Of a stretch of DNA of 64,000 nucleotides, positions 33,800 to 45,569 are shown in pieces (within the stretch, counting starts at the first letter, position 1; every line of letters starts with the position of its first letter). The position numbers and the translations under genes are program-made. Below the pieces are notes generated by a model, which was not told the origin of the DNA, made no database searches, and was given only the letters and a program-made list of their open reading frames with translations. This DNA is from Candidatus Marinacidobacterales bacterium. GTDB taxonomy: Bacteria > Acidobacteriota > Vicinamibacteria > Marinacidobacterales > SMYC01. The stretch lies in the NCBI GenBank assembly GCA_965237955.1, contig OZ250169.1, positions 2,912,001-2,976,000 on the forward strand, given 5' to 3'.

Positions 33800-35797
33800 A
33801 TGCGCGTGCATAGGGCCATGTTGGCGCTCACACTCTTGTGCTGCGCCTCCGCATCCATCCTCGCACAGGACAAAAGGGCCATGACAGTCGACGATCTCCT
33901 CGAGCTCGTGAGGATCGGCGACGTTGCCATGACGCCCGACGGTTCCCGAGTCTTCTATTCCGAGCGGCATCTGGACTGGGAGACGAACAAGTGCGAAAAG
34001 ACTTTCTTCATGATTTCCTCCGAGGGCGGATCACCGGTTCCCTTCGTTCGCAAAGACGGCGGTGAGAATTTTCTCATCTCACCCGATGGGAAATACTTAT
34101 CCATGTTGCGAAAGGTCGAGGAAAAACCACAGATATTCGTCATGCCCCTGGACGGTGGCGAGGCACGGCCGTTGACGGAGCACCGCGGAGAAATCACCGA
34201 TTACAAATGGTCCGGTGATGGGCAGAGCATCGTGTTCATCGCCAAAGAGGCGATGACCGAGGAAGAGGCGAACGAGTTCGCGCTCGGAGCCGATCCGATA
34301 TTCGTCAATGAAGGAGCCGATGGCAAGAACCATGGCCGATGGACGCATCTCTGGCACCTCGATATCACGTCCAAGAAGGAGGCTCGTATTACCGAAGAGG
34401 ACTTTCTCATCGGTGGATTCGATGTGTCGAGCGACGGCTCTCGCGTCGTCTTTACGGCTCGACGCGACAACCGCGGGAATTTCCCTTTCTTGTCGGAGCT
34501 GTATCTCGTCCGGACGGACGGGAACGATATGAAACACCTGACCCGTAACCGAGCTCTCGAGAGCGATCCTGTCTGGGCTCCGGATGGGAGGCGTTTCGTA
34601 TTTCACGCTTCCGATGACAAAGAGCTGGGGCTGAGCAACGGCTACTTGTGGATCCTGAACCCCGACACCGGCGAGCTCGAGAAACTGGAGGGACAGAACA
34701 CCGGAAAGATCGACCACCTCGTCTGGACACCCGATGGAGAGAGTCTCCTCTTCAACGAAGTGCACGGCACGAACACCAACCTCTACCAGCTCGAGATTGC
34801 GTCCGGGAACTTCGAGGCTCTGACGACACGGACCGGCACGCACCGGGTGCTCGCGTATTCACAGGACAGATCCCGGTTCGCCTATACATTCGAAGAATTC
34901 GATACCCCTGCCGATCTCTATAGCTCTGATTCGAACGGGACGAGCGTTCGGCTCACACATGCCAATCCCTGGACGGAAGAAGAGATCCTGACGCCGAAGA
35001 GTCGGGTCATTCGCTGGGAAAGCACGGACGGCACTCAGATAGAAGGTGTGTTCTTGCTTCCCGGGAACTATCGTGAGGGATCTCGGTTACCTCTCGTCCT
35101 CGAAATCCATGGCGGTCCCAGTAGCTATTGGGCCAACGCCTTCAAGCCCGAGTTCATCATCTACACCGGATTGGGGTATGCGGTGCTCGGCCCGAATGTT
35201 CGGGGTTCGAGTGGCTACGGCGACGACATTCTGCGGGGGTTGATGGGAGACGTTGGCGGCGGTGAATACGACGATGCGATGACGGGGGTGGACCACGTGA
35301 TCGAAGCCGGCCATATAGACCCGGCAAAAATGGGTGTAGCCGGCTGGAGCTGGGGCGGTGTCGCCGCAGGATGGGTCATCACTCAGACAAACCGTTTCAA
35401 AGCCGCCTCGGTAGGTGCCGGCGTCAGCAATTGGATTGGCGAAAGCGGGCCGGGGTTCAACTGGGACGTGGCCAACTGGTACATCGGCGGCAAGCACTGG
35501 ACCAAACGGGACGAGTGGCGCCGGCGTTCCGCCATCAACTACGTCGAGAACGTCCAGACACCGACCCTGTTCCTGCACGGAGCGAGAGACCAGACGAGCA
35601 GCACGAACCAGAGCATGGTGTACTTCGACGCCCTTCAGGATCTGGGCGTGCCGACCCGCTTCATCAAGTTCCCGAGACAGGGACACGGTGTCCGCGAACC
35701 GAGGCTGTTGCGAATCCGTGTCGTCGAGGAGATACGCTGGATGCAGAAATACGTCCTGGGTGAAGAATGGACTCCGTGGGAGCGAGTCAATCGATAA
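33800..35797 (+). CDS. S9 family peptidase with beta-propeller
   Basis: Signal peptide, HGGP, GWSWGG, HGARD, QGHG. Confidence 0.92.
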   Translation: MRVHRAMLALTLLCCASASILAQDKRAMTVDDLLELVRIGDVAMTPDGSRVFYSERHLDWETNKCEKTFFMISSEGGSPVPFVRKDGGENFLISPDGKYLSMLRKVEEKPQIFVMPLDGGEARPLTEHRGEITDYKWSGDGQSIVFIAKEAMTEEEANEFALGADPIFVNEGADGKNHGRWTHLWHLDITSKKEARITEEDFLIGGFDVSSDGSRVVFTARRDNRGNFPFLSELYLVRTDGNDMKHLTRNRALESDPVWAPDGRRFVFHASDDKELGLSNGYLWILNPDTGELEKLEGQNTGKIDHLVWTPDGESLLFNEVHGTNTNLYQLEIASGNFEALTTRTGTHRVLAYSQDRSRFAYTFEEFDTPADLYSSDSNGTSVRLTHANPWTEEEILTPKSRVIRWESTDGTQIEGVFLLPGNYREGSRLPLVLEIHGGPSSYWANAFKPEFIIYTGLGYAVLGPNVRGSSGYGDDILRGLMGDVGGGEYDDAMTGVDHVIEAGHIDPAKMGVAGWSWGGVAAGWVITQTNRFKAASVGAGVSNWIGESGPGFNWDVANWYIGGKHWTKRDEWRRRSAINYVENVQTPTLFLHGARDQTSSTNQSMVYFDALQDLGVPTRFIKFPRQGHGVREPRLLRIRVVEEIRWMQKYVLGEEWTPWERVNR

Positions 35798-36171
35798 ACT
35801 TCAACCGGCGGTGTAAGACGGGAGCTGGACGACCATGAGGATACCCATCGGAACTTGTAATGACCGATTATGCTCATCGTTCACGAGGTCTTGGGTCGCG
35901 TCCCGCAAAAACTCGAAATCCGCCAGCTCGCGTAATTAAACGGGTCAACGAGCGGTGCGGGAGTAGAAGTCCGCCTCGATCTCGTGAATGCGGTTGTCGT
36001 GCTCGGGCCAGCCCGCGAGTAGCGCGGGAACGCCGGAGGCGAAGCTCAACCAGTTGATCCGAAAAGCGCCCACCTGCCACTCGCTGATCGCGGAACCTCG
36101 TTCCACTTGGAAGCTGTGGATGATTTCGTGACCGAGGACATGCCGATCGTCCCGGTGATCGACGCCGAGCC

Positions 36172-37599
36172 CGTCCTGTGCCAAAACTCGGCCCTTTTGA
36201 AATAGGCCATAAATCAGCAACTTAGTGTCTGTGTTTGCGGCCGGGCCAAGGGCCGTGGGCTTTACAATCGTCTTGGGCGGGTGGGTCGTCACCATGCAGG
36301 TGACCACCTAGTCGAGAGCGAATATCGAAGCGTGTTCCTGAAGCTGTTTCCACGCTACGCCGGTCGAGCCCGCCGAGGGGCCACCGTCGCCGGCGACCAT
36401 CTACGCGGCACGGTAGTAGTAGTTGAGAATGCCCCTAAGTCGCTCTCGCGACACGATGGGGCCAGCGTCATTCGCGCTTGCCGGCAGAGGTGTGAGGAGC
36501 TCGTTGCCGAGACCTTGGTGGTTCCGTTCTGTGTGATAGTGCACTACGTATTCGGTTACCGCTGTGCGCAGGTGTCGCTCACTGAGAGGTACGAAGCGGT
36601 CGAGACACTCTCGACGTATGGAGAGAACGAATCTTTCCGCATATGCGTTCAGGTTCGGACTATTAGCGGGAAGGCGAAGGGGCTTCACGCCTGAATCTCT
36701 CAACAGCCCACGTACCGCCTCGGTGAATAGCGGGTCCCGGTCGTGGATGAGGTATCGCTTGCCAAGGAGGAAACCATCCCACATGTCAGTGAGGTTTCTT
36801 GCCACCTGCTTCATCCACTCCCCGTTGGGGTCCGACGTTATCCCACCGATGCACACGCAGCGAGTGGCGATATCGATGACAAACAGGACATGGTAGCGGA
36901 CGAGCCCGAACGGGTTCACCACCTCGACGGTGAACAGGTCTGTCGCAGCGATGGCGCCCCAATGAGCCTTGATGAAGGTGCTCCACGACATGCTCTTGCC
37001 CCGCTCCGGCGCAGGCGCGATACCGTGCTCGGCGAGGATCCTCTTGATAGTGTTGCGTCCGAGTTCATGTCCTAGGTTCTTGAGTGCGCCTCGCAGGCGC
37101 GTATATCCCCACGTCGGGTTCTCCCGCGCCACGCGCACAATGAGCTCACGGATGTCCTTCGCCGTCGGAGGTCGGCCTGGACTCCGGTTCTTGCTGCCAT
37201 CGTACTTGGCTGCGATGAGGTGGCGGTACCAGCGCAGAAGCGTAGCGGGTGTGGCAACGGACGCAATCTGGGCCAGCGCCTCGCGGCCCAAAGCCTGGGC
37301 CTTGACCGCGAGCCTGCGCCGGTCGTCGTCCGAGAGCCTGAGACGCTTGCCCCGAAGCCCGGCTCGGAGCACACGGTTCTCCTCTTGCAGGTAGTCGATC
37401 ACATCCTGCTGCTGGCGGTTGACCCAGCCAGCTAGAACGAGCAGTAGGAATTGCACGTGGTACGTCATCATGGATCTGAAGATAACACCCTCGGGCCAGA
37501 CGATTGTAAAGCCTACGGCCCTTGGCCCCGGCGCAAACACAGACACTAAGCTGCTGATTTATGGCCTATTTCAAAAGGGCCGAGTTTTGGCACAGGACG
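36172..37599 (-). mobile_element. Full-length end-1 IS, copy 2 (integrase 36401..37471)
   Basis: Near-identical to 28180..29608. Confidence 0.93.
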
Positions 37600-37889
37600 G
37601 GACAGCATCGACCCGACTGAGATATCGGCTTGGAACTCGTGGCGGACGCCGCCAAGTCGATGATGGTCTTTCTCTCTGGCGAGCCGAAGGGAAACGATTT
37701 GCTTGAAACCGGCTCCACTCCTCCGGCTTCGACTAGCCCTTGTCAGCACCGAATGACTTGAGATACAACGTGGTACTAACCGTGGGGTCAGGTCATTTGT
37801 GTGCCATGGCGGCATTCTTGCACACGTGAGCGTGGTTTGCCTATAGTGCTGTCGTGTGCTCCATACCGCGCTAGGAGGAAAACATCTAA

Positions 37890-38606
37890 ATGAGCAAAGA
37901 TAACTGGAGTGATCTTGCGTCGGCGCTCAACTCCAAGCTAAAACTGCAAGCCACACCTATTGCCATCACCTTTTCCAACGACTTCCAAGGAGTTCCGTCA
38001 TTCGAGGGGCCGACCCCGGCGCCGATGCCCGATGGGCGGACTGGCAAGGTCCCTGCGGGCTGCGTTTTCTGGATGAAGGCAACGGACCGTACGTTCAGCA
38101 CCGTCGCCGAAGATCACGGCAATTGCAGTGTCGGAAGCTTGACGCACGGCCTCAAGACAATGGACGAAGTAGCCGGCAATAGCGACGTGGCTGCGCTCCT
38201 AGATAGCGGATGGGTCACGATGGATGTCGTCCCGCAAATCCCGGTGGTCAAGACCAAGTACCGCTACATTACCTACGGACCGCTCGTGGAGAGCTCGGAT
38301 CCGGACGTGGTCGTCGTTCGCCTCAACGCAACACAACTTATGGTCCTTCATGACGCAATCCCCGGTCTTCGCTTCGAGGGAAAACCCCAGTGTCACATCG
38401 TCGCCATCGCCAAGGAGCAAGGTGAAATCGCGGCCAGTGTCGGGTGCATGCTAAGCCGGATCCGTACAGGGATGTCACCCAGCGAAGTGACGTGCGCGAT
38501 CCCGGCCTCCAAGCTGGGCGACGTCATCGAGGCGCTCGATTCCACTTGCGTGGCGGACGGCAAGGTGGCGACGTACGCTGCAGAAGATGGAAAGCGATTC
38601 GCCTAG
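37890..38606 (+). CDS. DUF169 family protein
   Basis: PIAI, AGCVFW, CSVG, PDVVV, SVGC..SR; RBS ggagg. Confidence 0.75.
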   Translation: MSKDNWSDLASALNSKLKLQATPIAITFSNDFQGVPSFEGPTPAPMPDGRTGKVPAGCVFWMKATDRTFSTVAEDHGNCSVGSLTHGLKTMDEVAGNSDVAALLDSGWVTMDVVPQIPVVKTKYRYITYGPLVESSDPDVVVVRLNATQLMVLHDAIPGLRFEGKPQCHIVAIAKEQGEIAASVGCMLSRIRTGMSPSEVTCAIPASKLGDVIEALDSTCVADGKVATYAAEDGKRFA

Positions 38607-38627
38607 GACCCTAAGTCGGTCAAACCC

Positions 38628-38730
38628 CGTGAGGTCAAAATACTCATGCGCGTCGTGTCCAAAAATACAAACGAACTCAAGACCGGCTTGCCGGGACGTT
38701 TCGGAATAGACGTGTCTACGCTTGGTTCGC
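38628..38730 (+). repeat. Tandem end-3 plus end-2 stub between two intact genes
   Basis: cgtgaggtcaaaatactcatgcg then cgtcgtgtccaaaaatacaaacg. Confidence 0.75.
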
Positions 38731-38812
38731 AGCACTTGAATGACCGGGTTGATTTCTCCGGGATTGCAGGCTAGCGTAATCTCTAAACAGACAGCGAGGA
38801 GAGGAGAGACAA

Positions 38813-39334
38813 ATGCAGCCACTTTACGATCCCGAGGGTGTTCGGCCCATGTGGGAGGAGCTTGCCCAATGCGGGGTCGAGCCCGTGCAAACAAGAGAGA
38901 ACGTTGACGAGGCCTTGAAGAGGCCTGGGACAACGCTCGTGGTGGTGAACTCGGTTTGTGGATGTGCTGCCGGCTCGGCGCGCCCGGGTGTGACTCGCGC
39001 CCTGCAACACAGCACAATTCCCGATCACCTCACGACGGTCTTCGCCGGCGTGGACCGTGAGGCCACGGAGCGCGTCAGAGAGCACATGGTCGGCGTTGCT
39101 CCGAGCTCACCTTCGGTGGCTCTTTTCAAAGACGGCGAGCTCGTGCACATGCTTGAGCGACGGCATATAGAGATGATGAACAACGAGATGGTGGCGCAGA
39201 ACCTGACCGAGGCTTTCGACAAGTACTGCTCTCGACAGGGACCGTCCGTCCCCAGAGAAGAGTACGAGAAGGTGGAGCACGCGCGGCAGTGTGGCTCCTC
39301 GGTGCCGCTGTTCGATCCCCTCTCAAACCACTAG
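38813..39334 (+). CDS. BrxA/BrxB bacilliredoxin family protein
   Basis: VNSVCGCAAG, TVFAGVD, PSSPSVALFKDG. Confidence 0.9.
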   Translation: MQPLYDPEGVRPMWEELAQCGVEPVQTRENVDEALKRPGTTLVVVNSVCGCAAGSARPGVTRALQHSTIPDHLTTVFAGVDREATERVREHMVGVAPSSPSVALFKDGELVHMLERRHIEMMNNEMVAQNLTEAFDKYCSRQGPSVPREEYEKVEHARQCGSSVPLFDPLSNH

Positions 39335-39437
39335 CAGGCGCTCTTCTCCCAGGCAAAGTCCAGTCCCGTCTCGGCCTCGGGGGCCGTTCCTCGCCTGTGG
39401 CGTGCTCCACCACCCATCAGGCCAGCCGTGCGCACCC

Positions 39438-39586
39438 CGTCCTGTGCCAAAACTCGGCCCCTTTGAAATAGACCATAAATCAGCAACTTAGTGTCTGTGT
39501 TTGCGACCGGGCCAAGGGCCGTGGGCTTTACAATCGTCTTGGGCGGGCGGGTCGTCACCATGCAGATGACCACTTAGTCGAGAGAC
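39438..39586. mobile_element. Isolated right end of the end-1 IS
   Basis: Matches 28180..28328. Confidence 0.85.
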
Positions 39587-39871
39587 TACCTCCGACCGAT
39601 GGAAAGCCATAAATCCTTCAGAATAAGACCCTTCCACGCCCCATGTGGAAATCGCTGTGGAGAACTCGGGCTCGGGATGCCAGATCCGCGCAAGTCCCGG
39701 CCCTCATTGAACTTTATCGAAGCGTCTCGGATTAGATTTTGTGGAAAATACGGTCCTCAAGCGATGGCTTCTCAGGCGAAACTACCCGTTGGTCGAATAA
39801 AGTGTGGCTGGCCCGAGCGGGCCGTTTCAGAGCCCATGATTACGACGGCGAGAAGGCGCAAGCCTGCCTGG

Positions 39872-40182
39872 GTGTACCTTCTATTTATTCATCCGGGCGC
39901 CCCAAACTTGATTAGTCTCCGGTCTGCCGGCACCATGCCTGCTTGATTTCGTCGTTTGTTCGCGCTCTCATCTCCGCCTTCAAGGCTCGTCGCGAGCTGG
40001 CTCTCGACAATGTCGCTCTTCGGCAGCAGCTCGCCGGCCTCCGCCGTTCGGTGAAACGGCCGCGGCTCTCGAACGTCGACCGCGGGTTTTGGGTAACTGT
40101 AGAGCCTAAGGGCCCTTGGCCCAGTCGCTAAGCTGCTGATTTATGGTCTATTTCCAAAAGGGCTGAGTTTTGGCACAGGACG
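39872..40182. mobile_element. MITE-D, copy 2
   Basis: end-4, 62-aa integrase N-terminal ORF, end-1. Confidence 0.8.
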
Positions 40183-40205
40183 GGCGCGCCGGGCCGTTTT
40201 GATCG

Positions 40206-40334
40206 CGTCGTGTCCAAAAATACAAACGAACTCAAGACCGGCGCGCCGGGCCGTCGCCGAGTTTCATCTATCATTATGATGGAGAGCGCAACCATCAAGG
40301 GCTTGGCAACGTGTTTGTGTTTTTGGACACGACG
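40206..40334. mobile_element. end-2 MITE, 129 bp
   Basis: IR cgtcgtgtccaaaaa(t/c)acaaacg. Confidence 0.75.
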
Positions 40335-40624
40335 CCTTCGCGAAACGCCTTGGCACGGAGCACGGTCGTCGTCGTGACTTCGACGAGCTGAGGGCTCGGG
40401 CCGCCGGAGCCGTGGTTGAGCGCGGGCTCGCTGCCGTCGGTCGTATATCGAATCTCGGCGTCGGGCGTGACGGAACTGATCTTCACGCGGAAAGGGATTA
40501 CGTAGAAACCTCGGTTCACACTGAACTTCGTGTCTGCAACGGTCTCCGCTGCACCGGTAGAGGAAACGGTGGGGGCGAGCAAGAGGCACAGCGCCGAGAC
40601 GCGGACGTCAAAACCGACTTTCAT
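40335..40624 (-). pseudogene. Secreted protein with chitobiase C-terminal/Fn3-associated domain, 3'-truncated
   Basis: FSVNRGFY, IRYTTDGSEP, TTVLRAKAF; cut by end-2. Confidence 0.75.
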
Positions 40625-40771
40625 GTCTCCGGAAGCATATCAAGGGAGTCTTGTTTCCTCGTGGCGTTGTTCGAGAGGCTTCGCGGACAATCCGCCGGCC
40701 GTCGAGCCTCTGTGAGCAGCTGGAGAGGAGGTTCGGTCGCAGGTCGAGCGTGCCGAATCTCATGCCGGCTC

Positions 40772-41858
40772 GGCGTTGTTGCACGGCCCGGAGCAAATCG
40801 CTGACCTCCCTGTGCCGGTTGCAGAGTCACCCGGCGCAGTACGTATCGGGCATCCCGAGCGCAGCCATCTTGTTGAGTATCTCGCACCCAATTCGGTGTT
40901 CAACTCGTTGCCTCGCCAACGTTCGAGCCCGCATCTCCGGCCCGATGATCGCCTTGTAACGATAGACCGCGTTCTCCACCATGCTTCGCTTGGTGTAGCC
41001 TGAGAGCTTGTACCATTCACGTCGGCCGTGTCTTTCGATTGCACGAATATGGCGATCGCGCTCCTGCAATGGCGGTGTTCGAATTCTGACTGAGCGTCGC
41101 GTTTCGTTGCGGCGGAATCACCACGCGCGTCCTTCGTCCAGGACTGTGCGCTTCGATGGCTTCGTAGACCGCTTCCTTGTCGTATGCACTGTCCGCCGCC
41201 ACCGACACTAGAGGTGCTTGAATCTGTGTTAGCAAAGCGGGGACTCGGGTTGCGTCGCGAGCTCGTGACGCCGTCAGTTCGGACGCAACAATGTTGCCGG
41301 TCTCGCGATCAACGGCGATGTGCAACTTGCGCCATGCGCGCTGCTTTGGCGGTTTGCGAGCGTTTCCAACATGAATCCTCAAGCCCGTGCTATCGATCAT
41401 CAGGTGGATGGGTTGAGTGCTCGCGGCTTTCGGAATCCGCAGCTTCTTGCGGAGCAACCTCGAGCGCCGACACAACGTCGAGTAGTCCGGGATCTCGATA
41501 CCGAGCCCGAGAAGCGAGGCGATCGAGTGCAAGAAGCCTTCGGTTTGTCGGTAGGCGAGCTTGTACACCATCCGGACAACCAGGCCCGTTTCAATCGCCA
41601 TGTCTGAAATAGACCCGTTGACCGCCAGGCTTACCGGTCTTGTCGGCCTTCCAGTTCGCGATTGCCTCCTCGTCAAACCAGACTGTCAAATCGCCCCGGC
41701 GGCACAGCCCTTCGTTGTATTCCGCCCAGTTGCGAACGTGGTACTTCTTCTGCTTCGCGTGCTTGTACTGGCAGCGCTTGGGATACTTCATGCTCGAACA
41801 TACCTCGGCCACCACCATAGGCGGATTTCGCTCTCAGCCAGAGCGGTGCAACAACGCC
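40772..41858 (-). mobile_element. IS5-family element A, copy 3, two frameshifts
   Basis: Same IRs; extra A near 41068 (shared with copy 1) and near 41608. Confidence 0.92.
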
Positions 41859-42169
41859 GTACTCACCCGAGGGCCCGCATTGAGGCCTGTGCGATTGTGG
41901 ATGGCGTGTTTTCAGGATCGCACGATGAGTTGTGGAACGCGTTTGGTGACAAGATTGCCGTTTCGCGCTGCGAGTTTGACCACTATTTCGCCGGGACTAC
42001 GGATGCACACGCCATCGTTCTCCGGGAAGTTGCTCCTCTGAATCGTTCCATCAAGCTCAAAGAGTTGCGGAGAAGACTCACTGGGTTCCACCCACCGCAG
42101 TTCTTCAAGTGGCTTGACCCTAGTTGTAAGGAACTTTGCGTCCTGTCGGAGCGGACGGCAGAGAGCTGA
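41859..42169 (+). pseudogene. ASCH/PUA-like domain protein C-terminal fragment
   Basis: ELW...EFDHYFAG...AI...FHPPQ.F pattern. Confidence 0.65.
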
Positions 42170-42234
42170 AACGTCGGACCCATTTCGTTTCGCGCGGTAG
42201 GGTCGAGGGCTGGCGCGGTGCTCCGTGGGCACGG

Positions 42235-42392
42235 TGTGCCTTCTATTTAATTCATCCGCGGGCACCAGCTCGCGACGAGCCTTGAAGGCAGAGATGAGAG
42301 CGCGAACAAATGACGAAATCATGTAGGCATGGTGCCGGTAGACCGAAGACTAATCAAGTTCGGGGCGCGCGGATGAATAAATAGAAGGCACA
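42235..42392. mobile_element. end-4 MITE with integrase N-terminal remnant
   Basis: Inverted TGTGCCTTCTATTTA termini. Confidence 0.75.
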
Positions 42393-42754
42393 GGCGAAAG
42401 GCAGCCTGAGTCAGCTTGGTCGCTCGCGTTACTCGGCTGGTCGCCGAGAAGTTCGTCCTCAGCACCTTCCCTCGCGCGCTGACCACGCTCTCCAGCATGT
42501 GCTCAAGGGCGGTCTGGGCCCTAGAGTCCAGTCCCGGACCAATAATGATGATGGACAACTTGGGTCGTGAGGAGAGAAGTATGGCAAAAATCGAAGACAA
42601 ACACATGTACCACGGGGCGGCGCTAAGCCAGATAGCCCTGCGTCTAAGCTGCTGATTTGTGGTCTATTTCAAAAGTGCCGAGTTTTGGCACAGGACAGGA
42701 ACACGGCATCGAGCCCGCGCCGGAGCGAGGTGAGCGAACGCCATACGGTGATCA

Positions 42755-42886
42755 CGTGAGGTCAAAATACTCATGCGGCTTACCGATGGTAGAAACGTAG
42801 CAACTCGCCAAGCCGTTCGCGGGAGCGCACCATAGACACTAAGCTGCTGATTTATGGTCTATTTCAAAAGGGCCGAGTTTTGGCAC
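42755..42886. mobile_element. MITE-C, copy 2 (end-1 tip missing)
   Basis: Matches 5928..6059. Confidence 0.8.
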
Positions 42887-43712
42887 CGTGTTGATGAGCT
42901 GCTTGAAGGATCCCTGCCAGAGCAACTCTGGAACCGTCTCGACACTCAGGCTCGCGATGTACTCGTGGTTTTCGCGACGCATATCGTTATTGATGCTGAT
43001 ATAGGACGCCAGAACATCAGTTGAGTCATCGACAAGAAAGTCGGGCGAGTTTTGCAGGATGGCCGGCACGACACGAGAGAGAAAGCGATCATTCAAATTG
43101 ATTCGGCTTTCCCGAAATTGCTTTGGAAAAACATGTTGATCGAAAGTTGCACTGCCTTCGTTACCAAGAGGGTCACGTGCGAAAACGCTGATCGGTGTGT
43201 TGAGATCCTGATCCCACGAAAGGGCGTAGAACGCAACATGCAACATAGGATCAGCGCTTTCGACACCGGCACCGGCAGCCGGGAAACCTGGATACTCACG
43301 CTCGCCGACACGCTCGCCGGAAACTGAATCGGCTGGTGTTACGCGATACACGACGAGCTCGGAACCGCCGTGATTGATGTAGTGAAACTGAGATTGAACG
43401 ACGATAACCGGCCGGCGCAAACGAACTTCGATCCCTAGTTCGGATTGCGTTATGGCTTCGCGAAGGCCGAACACTACGGGTCGACCCGCTGTGACCGCGA
43501 CACTCGCTGACCCATCACTGAGTGACTCAAACCGTTGCCTGCCAATCGGCTGCCTGAGCACCAAGCGATCCTCGCCTTCGCGTACAAGCCCTGACGCACC
43601 GCCGCGGGTCGCAAGATTGAATACTTGCAGCGTCTCGCCGCCCTGTTCGAGCGTCACCTCGAGCAAACTGAGCTCACCGCCCGGCGTATCGATCGTCATG
43701 ACGAGCTCACCC
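42887..43712 (-). pseudogene. Internal fragment of an M23-family peptidase, cut on both sides by end-1
   Basis: HYINHGGSELVVY, ARDPLGN, F....INL.D.FL, LWQGSF. Confidence 0.7.
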
Positions 43713-44030
43713 CGTCCTGTGCCAAAACTCGGCCCTCTTGAAATAGCCGATAAATCAGCAGCTTAGCGTCTGTGTTTTGCGACGGTGCCAAGGGCTGTGG
43801 GCTTTACAATCGTCTGGCTCGAGGGTGTTATCTTCGGATCCATCATGACGTACCATGTGCAAATCCTACTGTTGGTCAGGCAGCCGTTGTTCGATCGGGC
43901 AGCCCTTGCTGCTCACACAGACCTCATGGGTGCTTCCGCCATTAAGTGTTGGTAAAATGACGCTAAGACTTTACGGTGCATTAAATTACAGCCATGGTCT
44001 TTCAAAAGGGCCGAGTTTTGGCACAGGACG
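43713..44030. mobile_element. MITE-E, copy 2
   Basis: Near-identical to 18564..18881. Confidence 0.88.
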
Positions 44031-44135
44031 CGGTTCATCGGCACGTGTATGTAGTTCAAAAATCCGTTACGCACGAAGAGTCTGGGGCTGGAAGAAGGAC
44101 TGCGCTGCCCGATCTTGTTGCCACCGGAGGCTCTG

Positions 44136-45551
44136 ATGGAAGAAGCCATTCTCTTTGACTCGGTGGCCGAGTTAGGCCGAATGTTACGCAGCCGGGAGAT
44201 CTCTCCGCTCGAGTTGACGGCTGCCTACATCGATCACGCCAAAACACTCGACCCACAACTTCTCGCGGTCGTCACGCTGACCAAGGAATTGGCCGTCCAG
44301 CAAGCACGCGCCGCGGAAGCGGAGATTATGAGTGGCCGCTACCGCGGACCGCTGCACGGAATCCCGTGGGGTGTAAAGGATCTGTTTGCCACCAACGGGA
44401 TACCGACGCAATGGGGATCGCCCGCGTTTGGCGGGCAGACGTTTGACTACGACGCCACGGTGGTGCGGAAGCTATATGACGCCGGGGCTGTGCTCATCGC
44501 GAAGCTTGCGACCGGTGAGCTGGCCTATGGCGCCAAATGGTTCCGCGGTACCACCCGGTGTCCCTGGGATACGAGTCGCTCCAGCAGTGGTTCCTCGGCG
44601 GGACCCGGTGCGGCCACGGCGGCCGGGCTGGTTGGGTTCTCGATCGGGACCGAGACCGAGGGGTCGATCATTTCGCCTGCGAGCGTCAATGGGGTCGTCG
44701 GACTGCGCCCGACCTACGGGCGCGTGAGCCGATACGGCGTAATGGTGGCCGGCTGGACGATGGACAAGCCCGGTCCCATGTGTCGCTACGTCGACGATTG
44801 CGCCACCGTGCTCCGGCACGTCATGGGAGCGGATACTCTCGACCCGACGGCGGTGGATGCTCCGTTCGAAATCCCGCCGCAAGCGGGGATCCGCGGGAAA
44901 AAGATCGGAGTCCTGCGCGACGAGTTCGACATGCCCGAGGACCCTGAGTTGAGACAGATACTCAATGCCCCTCTGGAGGTCCTGGAAAGCCTCGGGCTCG
45001 TCCTCGAAGAAACGGAGCTCAGGGATCTTCCGTACAGCGAGGTCTCACGGTTGGTCGGCATCGAAGAGGCCAGCTACTTCGAGCCCTTGATCGAGTCGCC
45101 GAGAGTCAACGAATTGCTCAGGAAGGATCACATCAACAGGTGGGCCGCTGCCCGCATGGTTCCTGCAATCGACTATGTAAAGGCGCAGAGGATTCGGGTC
45201 GAGATGATGCAGTATGCAAGCGAGTTGTTCGACCGTTATTCAGCGCTCGTGACGCCGGCCTGGATGGGGACGGCCTGGGACGCCGATGCATCGGAAACGT
45301 CCGGGGTCATCTACCGTACCCGGCGCACCGACCCCGAGGACCCCGACAGCGCTCTGCATCCGAGGATCAGTCTGTTCTCGAACCTGGTCGGCGTTCCTGC
45401 GGTTTCCGTCCCCTGCGGATTTACGAAGGGGGGGCTACCGATGGCCATCCAGTTTGTCGGTGCTGCGTTCGACGAAAGCGGGATTCTTCAACTGGCGCGT
45501 GCCTATGAACAGGCCACTACGTGGCACGAACAACATCCAGCTTTGGGTTGA
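44136..45551 (+). CDS. Amidase signature family protein (GatA-like)
   Basis: GPLHGIPWGVKD, GSSAG, IGTETEGSI, GLRPTYGRVS. Confidence 0.92.
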   Translation: MEEAILFDSVAELGRMLRSREISPLELTAAYIDHAKTLDPQLLAVVTLTKELAVQQARAAEAEIMSGRYRGPLHGIPWGVKDLFATNGIPTQWGSPAFGGQTFDYDATVVRKLYDAGAVLIAKLATGELAYGAKWFRGTTRCPWDTSRSSSGSSAGPGAATAAGLVGFSIGTETEGSIISPASVNGVVGLRPTYGRVSRYGVMVAGWTMDKPGPMCRYVDDCATVLRHVMGADTLDPTAVDAPFEIPPQAGIRGKKIGVLRDEFDMPEDPELRQILNAPLEVLESLGLVLEETELRDLPYSEVSRLVGIEEASYFEPLIESPRVNELLRKDHINRWAAARMVPAIDYVKAQRIRVEMMQYASELFDRYSALVTPAWMGTAWDADASETSGVIYRTRRTDPEDPDSALHPRISLFSNLVGVPAVSVPCGFTKGGLPMAIQFVGAAFDESGILQLARAYEQATTWHEQHPALG

Positions 45552-45569
45552 TCCTTCGGAGGACTTCAC

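Noticed and set aside
39640-39750. DnaA-box cluster or replication origin
   Set aside because: Only three mismatched TGTGGA-type 9-mers, with no AT-rich unwinding element or rep gene.
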